Shown here piece after piece: positions 27,866-39,519 of a stretch of DNA of 64,000 nucleotides; position 1 is the stretch's first letter, and the number at the start of each line of letters is the position of its first letter. Source of the stretch: Desulfatiglandales bacterium (GTDB lineage Bacteria > Desulfobacterota > DSM-4660 > Desulfatiglandales > Desulfatiglandaceae); NCBI GenBank assembly GCA_963662465.1, contig OY759599.1, forward strand, positions 4,608,001 through 4,672,000. The letters run 5' to 3'. The notes below the pieces were generated by a model. That model searched no databases. It was not told where the DNA came from and saw only the letters and a list, made by a program, of their open reading frames with translations. The position numbers and the translations under genes are program-made.

Positions 27866-30248
27866 TTAACCGTTCTATGGTTTCCAGCAGTTCCTGCTGA
27901 TCGAAACTCCCTTTGGTGATATAGACATCCGCTCCCGCTTCCATCCCCTTCAGTTTGTCTTCAGGAGATTCCAGCGATGTGACCAGAACAATGGGGAGAT
28001 GCTCAAAGCGCTTGTCCTGCCTGACTTTTTCGGTCAGCTCAAAGCCGTTCATGCGGGGCATTTCAATATCAAACACCACCGCATCAAAGGATTCCCCCTG
28101 CATCTTTTCCCATCCTTCCATGCCGTCGGCGGCCTGGGAAACCTGATACCCCGCATTTTCCAGGATATTCCTCTCCAGGGTCCGGGTGGTTATGGAATCA
28201 TCCACCACCAGCACTTTCTTCTGAACCGTTTTTTTGGCACGGACGTTCATAAACAGCGAACTTCCCCGCAACCCCTGGGCTGAATGAATAATGCTCCCCG
28301 CATTCAGTATCATGACCACCTGACCGGTCCCCAGGATCGTGGCGCCTGAAATATTCCGTACCCGCTGCAACTGAGCCCCCAGGTTTTTGACCACCACCTC
28401 CTGTGCACCCAAAAATTCATCCACCTGAAAGGCGAGCTTTTTCTCCACCGCCCCCAGAACCACCACCCCGATTTTCTTACCGCTGTTTTCGCTCTCTTCT
28501 CGAACCGGAAGTTCCAGAATCTCCGCCATGGAAATCAGGGGCAACGCCTTGTCCCCAATACGAACAGCGGGTTTTCCTTCCATACGCCTGATCTCTTCCG
28601 GTTTAAACTGCATGATTCGTTCAACGGTGGTGTTGGGAACCGCCACGGTTTGACCCGCCACCTTCAGCATCAACACGTGGCTGGTGGCCAGGGTCAACGG
28701 AAGGATCAGGGTAAAGGAGGTCCCTTTGTCCACTTCGGTTCGGGTTTTCACCTGTCCATGCAGTTTTTGAAGCTGTTCCCGCACCACATCCATGCCGACA
28801 CCCCGGCCGGAGAGATCCGTGACCGTCACATGGGTGGAAAGGCCCGATTGAAACACCAGGTCAATGGTCTCCTCAGCGCTTAGGTTTTCCGCATCCGCCG
28901 GCGTGATGAGATTGTTTTTCACCGCCGCCCGGCGCACCGCCGCTAGATTGATGCCCGCACCATCATCGCTCACCTCCAGAACAATGTGGTTTCCACTTTG
29001 GGAGGCTTTGAGCTGAATGGTTCCCTGTTTGGTTTTCCCCTTTTTCACACGCTGATCCGGTGCTTCGATGCCGTGGTCTATGGCATTTCGAAGCAGGTGG
29101 GTCAGGGGGTCCTTCAACCCTTCAAGAACCTGCCGGTCAATTTCAGTCTCGGCGCCCCGCAGGACCAGTCGGACTTCTTTCCCCTTTTCCCGACCGATAT
29201 CGCGGATCATTCGCGGGAACAGATCAAACAGGGTGGCAATGGGCACCATGCGAACGCGCTGCACACCGTTCTGCATATCATCTGTCAGAAGGGCCAGGTG
29301 ACGGTAGTCACTCTCCAGTGACTCGGAGAGGCGGTTGATGGTTCGACCCACCTGGTGCAGGTGATTTTCATTGATGGAAAAGAAGTCGAGAAGCGCCGCC
29401 AATTCCGAATCTTTTAGAGTGCGACGTTCCAAAGCCCGTTTCCGGGCCCGGGATTTCCGCCATAATTTCTCCCAGCCGCCCATGACCCTTTGAACGGACT
29501 TTAATTCCCCGAGGCGCTGTTCCATCCGCATTCGGCTCACGAGCAATTCGCCCATTCCCGCCATGAGGGCATCCAGCTTTTCTGTTTTGACACGAATGGT
29601 ATCTCCGCCCATATCCCGTGAAAACCCCTTTTGCCGTCTGACATCTTCATCCCGGGATGAGTTTCCGGTGTTTTCCACGGGTTCACATGCCGTTGACAGG
29701 GCTTCCCGCCGCACAACCTCACCCGCGGGAATTTTGGTCGTCGGCTCTTTTTCACTTCCCCCTGGTCGCAATTCAGCCCCTTCCGGTTTTTTATCCGATG
29801 GGACTGGGGTTGACGTCTTGACCTTATCTTTTTTGTCGGTCAATTCTCCCCGCAGTGCTTCATCCAGTGCGCTCATGACCGATTTTCGGTCCTCAAAAGA
29901 AAGCACCTCTCCCTGGAGATGCAGGCGCATGGATTCCGTCAGGAGATCGGTGGCGCGAAGCAGTCGATCCACCAGTTGAGATGAAGACTGCAATTCCCCT
30001 TTTTTAAGGGCCCCCAGAACATCCTCCATCTTGTGGGCCACCGTACCGATGTCCTTCAAATCGACGGCACGGGCGGACCCCTTAATGCTGTGGGCCGACC
30101 GAAACAGGGATTTCAGCAGGTCATCTTTTTCGCCTCCCGGCAGGTCCTTTTCCAGTTCCAGAAGGCCCTTGTTCAATGCGGCTGCATGTTCTTCCAGTTC
30201 CACCCTGAAGGTGGCCACCAATTGACGCTGAAGTTCTTGGCGATCCAT
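27858..30248 (-). CDS. cheA: Hybrid CheA-REC kinase (WspE-like)
   Basis: Hpt FRSAHSIKG, HLLRNAIDHG, SGRGVGMDVV, CheW domain, C-terminal REC. Confidence 0.95.
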   Translation of the reverse strand: MDRQELQRQLVATFRVELEEHAAALNKGLLELEKDLPGGEKDDLLKSLFRSAHSIKGSARAVDLKDIGTVAHKMEDVLGALKKGELQSSSQLVDRLLRATDLLTESMRLHLQGEVLSFEDRKSVMSALDEALRGELTDKKDKVKTSTPVPSDKKPEGAELRPGGSEKEPTTKIPAGEVVRREALSTACEPVENTGNSSRDEDVRRQKGFSRDMGGDTIRVKTEKLDALMAGMGELLVSRMRMEQRLGELKSVQRVMGGWEKLWRKSRARKRALERRTLKDSELAALLDFFSINENHLHQVGRTINRLSESLESDYRHLALLTDDMQNGVQRVRMVPIATLFDLFPRMIRDIGREKGKEVRLVLRGAETEIDRQVLEGLKDPLTHLLRNAIDHGIEAPDQRVKKGKTKQGTIQLKASQSGNHIVLEVSDDGAGINLAAVRRAAVKNNLITPADAENLSAEETIDLVFQSGLSTHVTVTDLSGRGVGMDVVREQLQKLHGQVKTRTEVDKGTSFTLILPLTLATSHVLMLKVAGQTVAVPNTTVERIMQFKPEEIRRMEGKPAVRIGDKALPLISMAEILELPVREESENSGKKIGVVVLGAVEKKLAFQVDEFLGAQEVVVKNLGAQLQRVRNISGATILGTGQVVMILNAGSIIHSAQGLRGSSLFMNVRAKKTVQKKVLVVDDSITTRTLERNILENAGYQVSQAADGMEGWEKMQGESFDAVVFDIEMPRMNGFELTEKVRQDKRFEHLPIVLVTSLESPEDKLKGMEAGADVYITKGSFDQQELLETIERLIG

Positions 30249-30273
30249 TTTTTTCTCCGGTTAAATTGGCGCC

Positions 30274-32505
30274 TTAATTCAGGCGATACCGCTTCACAAT
30301 CCCCTTCAACTGCTCAGCCAGGACATTAAGATTTCGTACCGATTCCTCCACCTGCCGCGTACCTTCCTCAGTCTGGCCGGTGGCCTGATTAATGTTTTCC
30401 ATGGCGTTTGAAATCTGGTCCATACCGGCCAGCTGTTCCTGGGTACTTACGGCGATCTGTGAAATGGTCTGGGTCACCTTTTTGATATTCTCGTTGATGG
30501 CGGAAATGGCGGCCCCCGCCTTTTCCGCCTGTTTAACCCCCGCATCCGCCCGCTTGCTCCCTTCTTCCGTCACCATCACCGCCGCATTGGTGGATTTCTG
30601 AATCTCGCCCAGAATCTCCCGGACCTTGGACGTGGCCTGTCGTGACTGGTCCGCCAGGCTGCTCACTTCTCCGGCCACCACCGCAAAGCCCTTGCCCGCC
30701 TCGCCGGCCCGAGCCGCCTCGATGGTGGCGTTCAGGGCCAAGAGGTTGGACTGGTCCGCAATATCATTGACCGTTTCGATGATGTCTCCGATCTGTTGGG
30801 TCTGTTCGCTGAGGGCCAGAATATTTTCAGCAATGCCGGCCACCTGTTCCTTGATGCGGTTGACCCCGGCCGATGTCTCTCCCACGGCTAGAAGCCCCGA
30901 TTCCGCTTCGACCATGGACTCCCTGGCCATTTCAGCCACCTGGAGGCTCCGCTCAGAACTTTGCTTCGCGGTCTGCCGTGCCTGATCCACCGTAGTGGCG
31001 GTCTGGTTGACACCGGCCGCCTGCTCGCCGGCCGTGGCGGCCTGCTCCTGGGTAGCCGCCAAAATCTCAGCGGTAGCCGATGTCATGTTCTGTACCCCCT
31101 GGGCGACCTGGCTTGCCAGCTCTCTCAGGTTCCGGGTCATCTCGTTCAGATGATTCCCCAGGGCCGCCAACTCATCCTCGTTGTCCGGCGGTGTCACAAC
31201 AGCCGTGAGGTCACCCTTTCCAACCGCCTCCACAAAGGTTACATAATTTTTGACCGTCGCTTCAAGGTACTCTTTGGTCTTGCGGTCCGCTTCGGCCCGG
31301 TGTTCCACCGCCTCATTCATTTGGTTCAAATTGGCCACCATCTGATTAAAGGCTTCGGCCAAAAGACCGGATTCATCCTTTGCGTCCACCTTGGCCCTGA
31401 CCGCCAGATCGCCGGCGCTGATTTTTTCCGCCGCTTCCTTTAGTACCCCTATGGGTCTCGCGATTCGGGCCACCACGATCCAGAGAAGCACCAGGGCCAG
31501 GGCCGTTAAAGCCACACCGATCATGATCATACGCCACATAAGCCGGGTGGCTTCCTGAGTGACCACAACAAGTGGCAGATTGATATTGACGGACCAGGGC
31601 TTTTTGGTTTGACCGATGTGAACCGGTACGAATAACTCGATACGCCCTTCGTTACTTTCAATTACAGTTTTTCCTGACTGAACATTTTGCAGATCCACCT
31701 GCCAGTTCTGGTGTGTTTTCCGCATGTGTACACCAACATCCTCATTTAACCCGTCCGAAGCAGCAATCAAACCATCGTAAGTAATCAGATTGATCGTGGC
31801 GATTCCGGGAAAGGGGTTATGCTGCTTCAGATAGTCACCAAAATCCTTCAAATCCATGTCCGCCCCTGCGATACCTAGAAAAACACCGTTTTCCACGATG
31901 GGCGCCACCAGGGATGTCATCAATACTTCCTTCCCCTGAACCGGATATAGATAGGGCTCAATGATGCATTCCCGCTGCCGTTTTTTCGGCAGTTGATAAT
32001 AGTCGCCGGCTCCCTGAACCTCGTAGTTTTCAGGCGTCTCCACCTTGATCTCCCCTGAAGATCCTCGATTCCAGTAGACGATAAACCTACCCGTTGCGTC
32101 ATAGGGAAATCGGCTTTTATATTGTTCATCTTTGCCATCAAAGGCACCGGGTTCCCACAGGGTGTAGGTTCCGACAAAATCAGGATTCTTTTCCGTCACC
32201 CTTTTGAGCATCCCGTTGACCTGTTCCCGGGTAAGGCTTTTTCCGCCCTCTTTTTCCTTAACTCCCACTGAACCAAGCGCCTGTGCCAGGGTGCGCGCCG
32301 CATCCAGCGGCACCTCAAATTGGGTTTTAATAAAATTGGCCATCCCCTTCCCACCGGCCAAGACCTCCTTTTCCGCTGTCTCAAGGGCGGTCTTTCGCTG
32401 GGTAACAGCGGCGTAGGCCACAATCAGACCACAGGTAAGTAACATACAGATTCCCACCCACAGAACGATTTTCACTTTAATGGATCGACCTCTAAACTGC
32501 GCCAT
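30274..32505 (-). CDS. Methyl-accepting chemotaxis protein (dCache)
   Basis: EPYLYPV..MTS..API dCache motif, HAMP, MCP signalling domain. Confidence 0.93.
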   Translation of the reverse strand: MAQFRGRSIKVKIVLWVGICMLLTCGLIVAYAAVTQRKTALETAEKEVLAGGKGMANFIKTQFEVPLDAARTLAQALGSVGVKEKEGGKSLTREQVNGMLKRVTEKNPDFVGTYTLWEPGAFDGKDEQYKSRFPYDATGRFIVYWNRGSSGEIKVETPENYEVQGAGDYYQLPKKRQRECIIEPYLYPVQGKEVLMTSLVAPIVENGVFLGIAGADMDLKDFGDYLKQHNPFPGIATINLITYDGLIAASDGLNEDVGVHMRKTHQNWQVDLQNVQSGKTVIESNEGRIELFVPVHIGQTKKPWSVNINLPLVVVTQEATRLMWRMIMIGVALTALALVLLWIVVARIARPIGVLKEAAEKISAGDLAVRAKVDAKDESGLLAEAFNQMVANLNQMNEAVEHRAEADRKTKEYLEATVKNYVTFVEAVGKGDLTAVVTPPDNEDELAALGNHLNEMTRNLRELASQVAQGVQNMTSATAEILAATQEQAATAGEQAAGVNQTATTVDQARQTAKQSSERSLQVAEMARESMVEAESGLLAVGETSAGVNRIKEQVAGIAENILALSEQTQQIGDIIETVNDIADQSNLLALNATIEAARAGEAGKGFAVVAGEVSSLADQSRQATSKVREILGEIQKSTNAAVMVTEEGSKRADAGVKQAEKAGAAISAINENIKKVTQTISQIAVSTQEQLAGMDQISNAMENINQATGQTEEGTRQVEESVRNLNVLAEQLKGIVKRYRLN

Positions 32506-32520
32506 ATGGCTATCTCCTGT

Positions 32521-33099
32521 TTAAACGGTTTCTTCCCTTACAATAATTCCCGGATGGGAGATGAGCTTTTCCATATCCAGAATCATGAGCATGTCCGAAG
32601 TCACCCCTTTAATAAACTCCTGGCCCCTGGCCGAAAGGGTTCCCGATGCCGCTTGCACCATTGCCGGTAAAATCTGCTCCAGTTTGGGCCGGTCTTCCGC
32701 CAGGATACAGAATTCCATGAGCATTCTCTCCGGTACGGTTTCGCCGCGGATCAACAGCACGTGGGCCTTTTCCATATTCATCTCAACGCTGATTCCCAGA
32801 TAGGCGGCAATATCCATAATGGAATAGATCCGGCCCCGGAGGTTGACCGCCCCCACAATGAAATCCGGCGTACACGGAACCGGTGACCACATCTCCCGCT
32901 TCAAGGGTTGAATCTCCTGAATATAGTGAAGGTCCACCCCGAAACGTTCTTCACCAATGGAAAAGGAAAGGAGCCGCAACACATCTTTTAAATCGGATTG
33001 TGTGTCCCCGCTCCGCGCCAGAATCCGGGCCCGGTCTTCCAGAATTTTTTGAATACTCACATCCAGGGGTATTTCGCTCGTCATGAGTGACCCTTTCAT
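32521..33099 (-). CDS. cheW: CheW adaptor
   Basis: PVPCTPDFIVGAVNLRG.I..IMD. Confidence 0.88.
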   Translation of the reverse strand: MKGSLMTSEIPLDVSIQKILEDRARILARSGDTQSDLKDVLRLLSFSIGEERFGVDLHYIQEIQPLKREMWSPVPCTPDFIVGAVNLRGRIYSIMDIAAYLGISVEMNMEKAHVLLIRGETVPERMLMEFCILAEDRPKLEQILPAMVQAASGTLSARGQEFIKGVTSDMLMILDMEKLISHPGIIVREETV

Positions 33100-34647
33100 C
33101 TATTTTAGCGTTTTCGCCATGGTCAGCAGTGTCCTTGCGGTCAGATCATCCGCACCCGGCAGAATCGTTTCCGGCGCCATTGCGGAGGCCAGGGCAATGG
33201 CCTGCCGGCGATGTCGTTCCGATTTCTCTTTCTGATTCAGCTGTCGATAGAGCATTGCCATACTCACGTGTGCCAGTGCAAAGCCGGGCTCCAGAAAAAG
33301 CGCCCGCTTGAGACGTTCCATGGCCCTTTTATTGTCGCCTGATTCCTGATGGACCAACCCCAGGGTATAATAAACCTCCGCTCTGAGGGGATTAATTTCG
33401 ATAGCCTGTTCGCAGAAAGAGCGGGCTTCTTCCATCTGTCCCACGTTGGCGTGGACCCGGCCCAACTGGTAGAGGCTGTCCGCATCCCGAGGGTTTTCGG
33501 CGAGGCAGCGAAAAAACAGATCTTTGGCCTCTTCATACCTCTTCCGTCGAATCAGATTCCTGCCCAGCTCCGCCAAATCAGGCTTGTCAGGTGGCGTGGG
33601 CAGGTCGGCACGCTCTGCCACCGGTACCGGCATGGTCGTCATCACAAAAGGCGTTTTCTTTAAACCGGCTGAAAAAACATCCTGCTCTATTATGGCAGAT
33701 ACCGGTTTAGATGCGTTTGAGGTTGTTTTTTCAAAGGCCCCCTCCTGAAAACGCCGCACGAACGGGGCAGGCTCATTCAATTTCCGGTATACGGTTCCGC
33801 CTGAAAATACATGGTACCCGTACTGGTCAAACACCGGTATACTGGTCTCGGAGGCTCCCATCATCAACCAACCGCCCGGGACCAGGCACTGGTAAAACCG
33901 TGAGACCACATGGCGTACCACATCTTCAGAGTAGTAGATGGCCACATTCCGGCACAGAATCAGGTCCATGGCGTTGGTGTTGGTAAAAAGAGAAGGATAA
34001 ACCGGTTCGTTCAAATTGAGGTATTCAAAGTGCACATTTTTGCGAATTCGGGGAATCGCTTCGTATTCATCACCTTCCCGGTTGAAATACCGGGCCTGAA
34101 ACAGGGGGTCGGTCTGTCGAAAGGACCAGGGCCGATAGCGAGCCATCTTCCCCTTATGAAGCACTTTTTTGTTGATATCCGTTCCCAGAATGCAGATGTT
34201 CCACTGATCTATGTCGGGAACCAGCTCCGCCAGAAGCATGGAAAGGGTATAGGCTTCTTCACCGGACGCACACCCGGCACTCCAGATGCGGATGCGCCGG
34301 TCATGCCCGTGGGCGGCAATGATCTGGGGCAGGAGATGCCGCCTCAGCGCTTTAATCTGGTTTTCGTCCCTGAAAAAATAGGTCTCCCCCACCGTCAGTT
34401 CTTCGATCAGCGCGTCCCACGGGGGACTGTCCGTTTCAGTTGCCTGAAGCATTTGAAAATACCGGTCCAGGTCGTCCTGGGCCGCTTTTTCGCACAGCAT
34501 GGTGATGCCCCGAGCCAGGGCGTTCCGCCGTTTGATTCCGAACAGCATGCCGGTCCTCTGCAGGACCAGTTTCTGAAACCGGTCATACTGATCATTGCTC
34601 AGAAAATGCTGAAATTTAGGCGTCGTATTCATGAATTCAGTCATCAA
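33100..34647 (-). CDS. cheR: CheR methyltransferase with TPR repeats (WspC-like)
   Basis: LTVGETYFFRD, IWSAGCASGEE, CRNVAIY, C-terminal TPRs. Confidence 0.93.
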   Translation of the reverse strand: MMTEFMNTTPKFQHFLSNDQYDRFQKLVLQRTGMLFGIKRRNALARGITMLCEKAAQDDLDRYFQMLQATETDSPPWDALIEELTVGETYFFRDENQIKALRRHLLPQIIAAHGHDRRIRIWSAGCASGEEAYTLSMLLAELVPDIDQWNICILGTDINKKVLHKGKMARYRPWSFRQTDPLFQARYFNREGDEYEAIPRIRKNVHFEYLNLNEPVYPSLFTNTNAMDLILCRNVAIYYSEDVVRHVVSRFYQCLVPGGWLMMGASETSIPVFDQYGYHVFSGGTVYRKLNEPAPFVRRFQEGAFEKTTSNASKPVSAIIEQDVFSAGLKKTPFVMTTMPVPVAERADLPTPPDKPDLAELGRNLIRRKRYEEAKDLFFRCLAENPRDADSLYQLGRVHANVGQMEEARSFCEQAIEINPLRAEVYYTLGLVHQESGDNKRAMERLKRALFLEPGFALAHVSMAMLYRQLNQKEKSERHRRQAIALASAMAPETILPGADDLTARTLLTMAKTLK

Positions 34648-35189
34648 CCCGCCTCGGGTTCTTCAAATTCGATGACGGCTCCGGTGTCAACCTCATCGGC
34701 TTCCAGCGCCAGATAGACCTCATCATTTTTTCGAATCACCGCATTCAACAGCGGGGACTTCCTAAGGGTGCCTTCAGGTTTGGCCACATGATCCTCGGAA
34801 ACAGCGATCACCTCCTCCACCGTTTCGGCAATGACACCCAGTTTTCGATTCTGTGTTTGCATCACCAGTATCCGATGATCCGGATGTACCCCTACCCGCG
34901 ACAATCCCAGCCTTTTTCTCAAGTTGATGACCGGTATCACCGTTCCCCCCAGATTGATGAGTCCGGAAATCCACTCCGGCGCTTCCGGTACCGGGACCAG
35001 TGCCGCCATGCGGATCACACGCGCCACTTTTTCCAGTGGAAAAGCCAGTTGCCGATTACCAATGCGAAATGTCAGAAAATGGCCCGCCATTCCCTCCAAA
35101 TACGGGTCTCGGATTTCCCGCGGCGCCGGCTTTTTATCCGTGGGTGCTTTTGGTGTCTTTGTCATCTCTTTTTTTTCTCCAGTTTTCAA
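34644..35189 (-). CDS. cheW: CheW adaptor
   Basis: [25 protein letters not shown]. Confidence 0.9.
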   Translation of the reverse strand: MKTGEKKEMTKTPKAPTDKKPAPREIRDPYLEGMAGHFLTFRIGNRQLAFPLEKVARVIRMAALVPVPEAPEWISGLINLGGTVIPVINLRKRLGLSRVGVHPDHRILVMQTQNRKLGVIAETVEEVIAVSEDHVAKPEGTLRKSPLLNAVIRKNDEVYLALEADEVDTGAVIEFEEPEAG

Positions 35190-37255
35190 GAACGTGTGTA
35201 CTGTTCAACGATCCGCCTGAGCTGTTCGGCCTGGGCATTCAAGTCTTGAACCGCCCCTTCCACCTGCTGAATCCCCGCTTCACTCTGGGTCGTTGCCTGG
35301 TCAATGTTCTCCATGGCAGCGCTGATCTGGTCCATCCCCGCCAGTTGTTCCTGGGCGCTGACCGCAATCTGTTGTATCGTTCGGGTCACGCCTTCTATAT
35401 TTCGATTGATGCTTTGAATGGCCTTACCTGCCTTCTCGGCCTGCAACACCCCTTTGTCAGCACGTTTTGCCCCCTCTTCCGTCACCATCACCGCCGTGTT
35501 ACTCGCCTTCTGGATCTGTCCAAGGATCTCCTGAACCCTAGCGGTGGCATCTCTTGACTGCACCGCCAGACTCCGCACCTCACCGGCCACCACGGCAAAT
35601 CCTTTGCCCGCCTCGCCGGCCCGGGCCGCCTCGATGGCCGCGTTCAGTGCCAGCAGATTTGACTGATCCGCGATGTCGTTCACCGTCTCGATGATCTCAC
35701 CGATCTGCTGCGTCTGTTCGCTGAGGGAAAGGATGGTCGCCGCAATGCTTTCCACCTGCTCCTTGATGCGGTTGACACCCTCCAGAGTGCTTTCCACCGC
35801 CCTGAACCCCTCATCGGCCTCTTTGGAAGATTCCTCTGCGACTCTAGCCACCTGCTGAGCGCGTTCCGCTGACTGTTTAGCGGTCTGCCGGGCCTGCTCC
35901 ACGGTGCCGGCAGTCTGGTTCACGGCGGCCGCCTGCTCGCCGGCGCCGGCGGCCTGTTCACTGGTGGTGGCCAGGATCTCACTGGTGGCCGTCGTAATAT
36001 TCCTCACTGCGACACCGATCTGCCCTTGGAGAAAATCGTTGGCGCTCTGAAGTGCCCGTTCAATTTCTTTGAGGTCGCTCACATCCGTGATATATTCCAC
36101 ACCGCCCACCACATTTCCTGACACATCCAAGAGCGGCACACCCATGTAATGAATGGGCATATTTCCGGTTCCCACTAATACGGTCTGTCCCGAGGTGGCC
36201 TTTTTTTGTTCCATGGCCTGCCTTACGCGGCACTCATCCGTATTACAGTGTTCGTTCCTGAACAGGTCATAGCAGTTTTTCCCGATGCCCTTTTCAACGG
36301 TGGTTTGCGCAAACGCGGCGGCTTTTTGGTTCATGAATTGAATGTTAAATTGCCGATCAATCGCCGTAACCGGGACAGGCGCATTATTCAGATAATTCTC
36401 CATTTGATTCATCGTCCGCTGAAGACTCTCGACCATCTGATTGAAGGCATCCGCCAATACCTTCGTCTCATCTCCGGAATCGATCCTGAGCCGCTCCGTC
36501 AAATCTCCCCCGGCCACCCGCCCGGCAAACCCAACCACCGCATTGAGGGGTTTAATGATGGACCTGATCGTTTTCATTGAAAAGGAGATGCAGATAACAA
36601 GGAGTAACGCGAGTGCAATCCACAGGGCTTTTTTTGTCATGGAAACAGCCCATGCCGACAATTTTCCCACCCCGGCGGAAAACATTGCGGTCGTACGATC
36701 CATTTCTTCATTGGTTTTATCAATATCCGCTAATAGCGCTTTCTTTTCAACTGAATCTTCGGTTTTGGTGTATTTTTCCGCTAATGCCCGGTACCGAACT
36801 GCCAATGCGTTTGCATGTTGTGAGATCTCAACGAGTGACACCACCAGCGGCTGAGAAGAGAGAAAACCGACAATGGTTATGATATCAAGGGCTTCATCGT
36901 CATTCACGGAAGGAAACCAGTGGGCCATATTCTTCGCGATTTCCGCCTTTGGTTTAATCTTCAGATCCTTGATGATCGATCCAAAAATGCCACTCAACTT
37001 CATGGTGATTTCCATGTGCGAATTAAATTTGTTATAAAATGCCGCATCTCCGGTTCTGACATACTCCCCAAAGGAATACGCGGCCTCATAAAAGTTGACC
37101 GTATGATCGCGTTCGGACCGGGTGATTAGAAGTGCCCGGTCTACGACCTTTAAAGATACCAGTCCGATAGCCGTGATAATGAGACAGGCGATGACCGGAA
37201 TACTGACCAGGGCAAAAATTTTCTTTGCGATTGAGTCTGAAATAGAAAACCTCAT
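35186..37255 (-). CDS. Methyl-accepting chemotaxis protein with HAMP and cytoplasmic PAS
   Basis: TM-helical sensor-TM-HAMP, PAS ([10 protein letters not shown]...EC), MCP domain. Confidence 0.92.
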   Translation of the reverse strand: MRFSISDSIAKKIFALVSIPVIACLIITAIGLVSLKVVDRALLITRSERDHTVNFYEAAYSFGEYVRTGDAAFYNKFNSHMEITMKLSGIFGSIIKDLKIKPKAEIAKNMAHWFPSVNDDEALDIITIVGFLSSQPLVVSLVEISQHANALAVRYRALAEKYTKTEDSVEKKALLADIDKTNEEMDRTTAMFSAGVGKLSAWAVSMTKKALWIALALLLVICISFSMKTIRSIIKPLNAVVGFAGRVAGGDLTERLRIDSGDETKVLADAFNQMVESLQRTMNQMENYLNNAPVPVTAIDRQFNIQFMNQKAAAFAQTTVEKGIGKNCYDLFRNEHCNTDECRVRQAMEQKKATSGQTVLVGTGNMPIHYMGVPLLDVSGNVVGGVEYITDVSDLKEIERALQSANDFLQGQIGVAVRNITTATSEILATTSEQAAGAGEQAAAVNQTAGTVEQARQTAKQSAERAQQVARVAEESSKEADEGFRAVESTLEGVNRIKEQVESIAATILSLSEQTQQIGEIIETVNDIADQSNLLALNAAIEAARAGEAGKGFAVVAGEVRSLAVQSRDATARVQEILGQIQKASNTAVMVTEEGAKRADKGVLQAEKAGKAIQSINRNIEGVTRTIQQIAVSAQEQLAGMDQISAAMENIDQATTQSEAGIQQVEGAVQDLNAQAEQLRRIVEQYTRS

Positions 37256-37317
37256 GTATCCTCCTTTTTAACTTCAGGTCTTTTCATCATAACTTCCATG
37301 GATCAGCCTCTTGCTTC

Positions 37318-37559
37318 GTAACCGTTCACGGTTGCCGGTTTACAGTTGCCGGTTCACGGTTTTTCAATGAATTATGGGTTTCCTTCATACAGATTTACAC
37401 TTTCTTGATGAATCGTTTTTTCAATTTTAATGAAGGATGCGGAATTATGTTGGGATTGATAACCGCAATTTTTTAAATCTTCACAAGAGAACCCCATAAT
37501 CTTCCGTTATCCTCTGTTTTTCAACCGTAAACCGGCAACCGTAAACCGTGAACGGTTAC
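37318..37559. repeat. Long imperfect palindrome with heptamer-repeat arms (MITE-like)
   Basis: Outer 16 bp GTAACCGTTCACGGTT perfectly inverted; inner ATTATGGGTTTCCTT / AAGAGAACCCCATAAT. Confidence 0.75.
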
Positions 37560-39502
37560 CTTGCGTCATCCAAAACGTTTCTGACCGTGCCAGCCATTTC
37601 CAATTTCATAACCGGCTTAATTAATAACGCGTTGATACCGATTGCCCCTGCTATTTCTTCCGATATCCTTCTACTGTATCCGGTACAGAGAATCACCGGA
37701 AGATGGGGGCGAATCTTTTTCATCTCGATGGCCAGTAAATCCCCGGTCATGTGCGGCATGGTCATATCCGTAATCACCAGATCAAAGCGGTCCGGGTCGG
37801 ACTTGAACAATTCCAATGCCGCCACGGGGTTGGTTCGTGCGGTAACCCGGTATCCCAGAGCCGTCAGAATTTGCTCAATAAGGCCGGCAATGGCAGCCTC
37901 ATCGTCGATGACCAATACCGATTCGTCGCCGGTGGGCACTGCTTTTTTTTCAGATTTTGGGGCCGATTTTACCGGGTTGGTTTCCATGACCGGGAAATAT
38001 ACATCAAAAATGCTCCCCTTGCCGGGTTCGCTCTTGACCGTGATCACCCCTTTGCATCCATCCACAATCCCTTTGATGACGGACAATCCCAAACCGGTTC
38101 CTTCCCCTTTACCCTTGGTGGTGAAGTACGGATCAAATATTTTCGCAAGGATATCCGGGCTGATCCCGCAACCGGTGTCTTCAACGCGTAATTGCAGATA
38201 GTTGCCGGGTAATAGGGTTGGATGGCGTTTTGCAAAACGATCATCCCATGGAACCTCCTTCAACCGAACCGTAATAACACCCACATCATATGCCATGGCG
38301 TGGGTGGCATTGGTACAGAGGTTCATGATCACCTGATGAACCTGGGTCGGATCCGCCAGAATGGCCGCATCGCTTTCGAAGGCGCCTCTGATCTCTATGG
38401 AGCTGGGGGTGGATGCCTTCAACATCTTGAGGACTTCTTTCAAAATGTATTTGACCCGGATGGGCCTGACGACCGCATCCGATTGCCTGGCAAAGGTCAG
38501 GATCTGCTTGACCAGCTCTTTTGCGCGAGTCCCCGCCTTATAGATCTGATTCAGATCAGCGTACAGATCGCTTCCTTCAGCGACGCTCATCTTTCCCAGT
38601 TCCGCATAGCCGATGACAGCTGAAAGGATGTTATTGAAATCATGGGCAATGCCGCCTGCCAGGGTGCCGATGGCCTCCATCTTCTGGGCCTGCTGAAGTC
38701 GGGCCTCCGCATTGCGATGTTCGGTAATGTCTTTTAACAGACCGACCATTCCGGTGACCTCTCCGGAGGGATTGAGGTTGGGGGCGCCACTGAGGTTGAA
38801 AAGACGCGACGTGCCGTCTTTGTTCAGCATGGAAATAATTTGATCTCTGATGATATTTTTGCCATTCCTGACCCTTTTAAATAAATAGATACATGCCCCG
38901 GCATCTTTTTCTTTCACGAAGTCCACAAAGTATTTTCCCAGGGTCTCGTCATTCCCGTACCCCATTATTTCTCTCCATGCGGGATTCACATAGGTAAATG
39001 ACCCATCCACCCCCAGGGTGTAAATAATATCCGGTGCATTTTCGCTGAGAGATCTGAACTTCTCTTCGCTCTTGCGAAGTGTTTCCTCCGAGCGCGCCCT
39101 CCCCAGGGCGTAGCGGATGGAACGCTGCAGCAAATCGGCGGTGAGTGTGGTCTTATTGAGGTAGTCGGAAGCCCCCATTTCCATGGCCGCCATATCCACC
39201 CGGGTGTCCCCCTGGCTGGTGAGCAGAATCATGGGGGCACGGATCTCCAGGTCAACGGCACGCCGCAGCAGTTCCAAACCGTTTCGTTCGCCTAAACGGT
39301 AATCGAGCAAATAGACGTCATGCCGATGCTTCTCCATTGCCGCCAGTCCCGCCTCGTAAGTCGCAGCCCATTCGAATTCAAATGGAGACTCCCCCGGCCC
39401 AGCAAGAAGATCACGGGTCAGAATATAGTCATCTTCATCGTCATCCACCAGGAGGATGCGAATCTTTGCGGGATTGTTGATTGTTGATGGTTGATTTTCG
39501 AT
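37556..39502 (-). CDS. REC-PAS-histidine kinase-REC hybrid; start codon uncertain
   Basis: AGGIAHDFNN H-box, two REC domains. Frame is open upstream of GTG 39448 through KIRILLV, but only ATC/ATT codons are available as starts. Confidence 0.85.
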   Translation of the reverse strand: MENQPSTINNPAKIRILLVDDDEDDYILTRDLLAGPGESPFEFEWAATYEAGLAAMEKHRHDVYLLDYRLGERNGLELLRRAVDLEIRAPMILLTSQGDTRVDMAAMEMGASDYLNKTTLTADLLQRSIRYALGRARSEETLRKSEEKFRSLSENAPDIIYTLGVDGSFTYVNPAWREIMGYGNDETLGKYFVDFVKEKDAGACIYLFKRVRNGKNIIRDQIISMLNKDGTSRLFNLSGAPNLNPSGEVTGMVGLLKDITEHRNAEARLQQAQKMEAIGTLAGGIAHDFNNILSAVIGYAELGKMSVAEGSDLYADLNQIYKAGTRAKELVKQILTFARQSDAVVRPIRVKYILKEVLKMLKASTPSSIEIRGAFESDAAILADPTQVHQVIMNLCTNATHAMAYDVGVITVRLKEVPWDDRFAKRHPTLLPGNYLQLRVEDTGCGISPDILAKIFDPYFTTKGKGEGTGLGLSVIKGIVDGCKGVITVKSEPGKGSIFDVYFPVMETNPVKSAPKSEKKAVPTGDESVLVIDDEAAIAGLIEQILTALGYRVTARTNPVAALELFKSDPDRFDLVITDMTMPHMTGDLLAIEMKKIRPHLPVILCTGYSRRISEEIAGAIGINALLIKPVMKLEMAGTVRNVLDDAR

Positions 39503-39505
39503 TGA
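39472..39505. repeat. Heptamer tandem repeat (GATTGTT-type)
   Basis: gattgtt gattgtt gatggtt gattttc gattga. Confidence 0.8.
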
Positions 39506-39519
39506 AACCCCCTTGCTCG

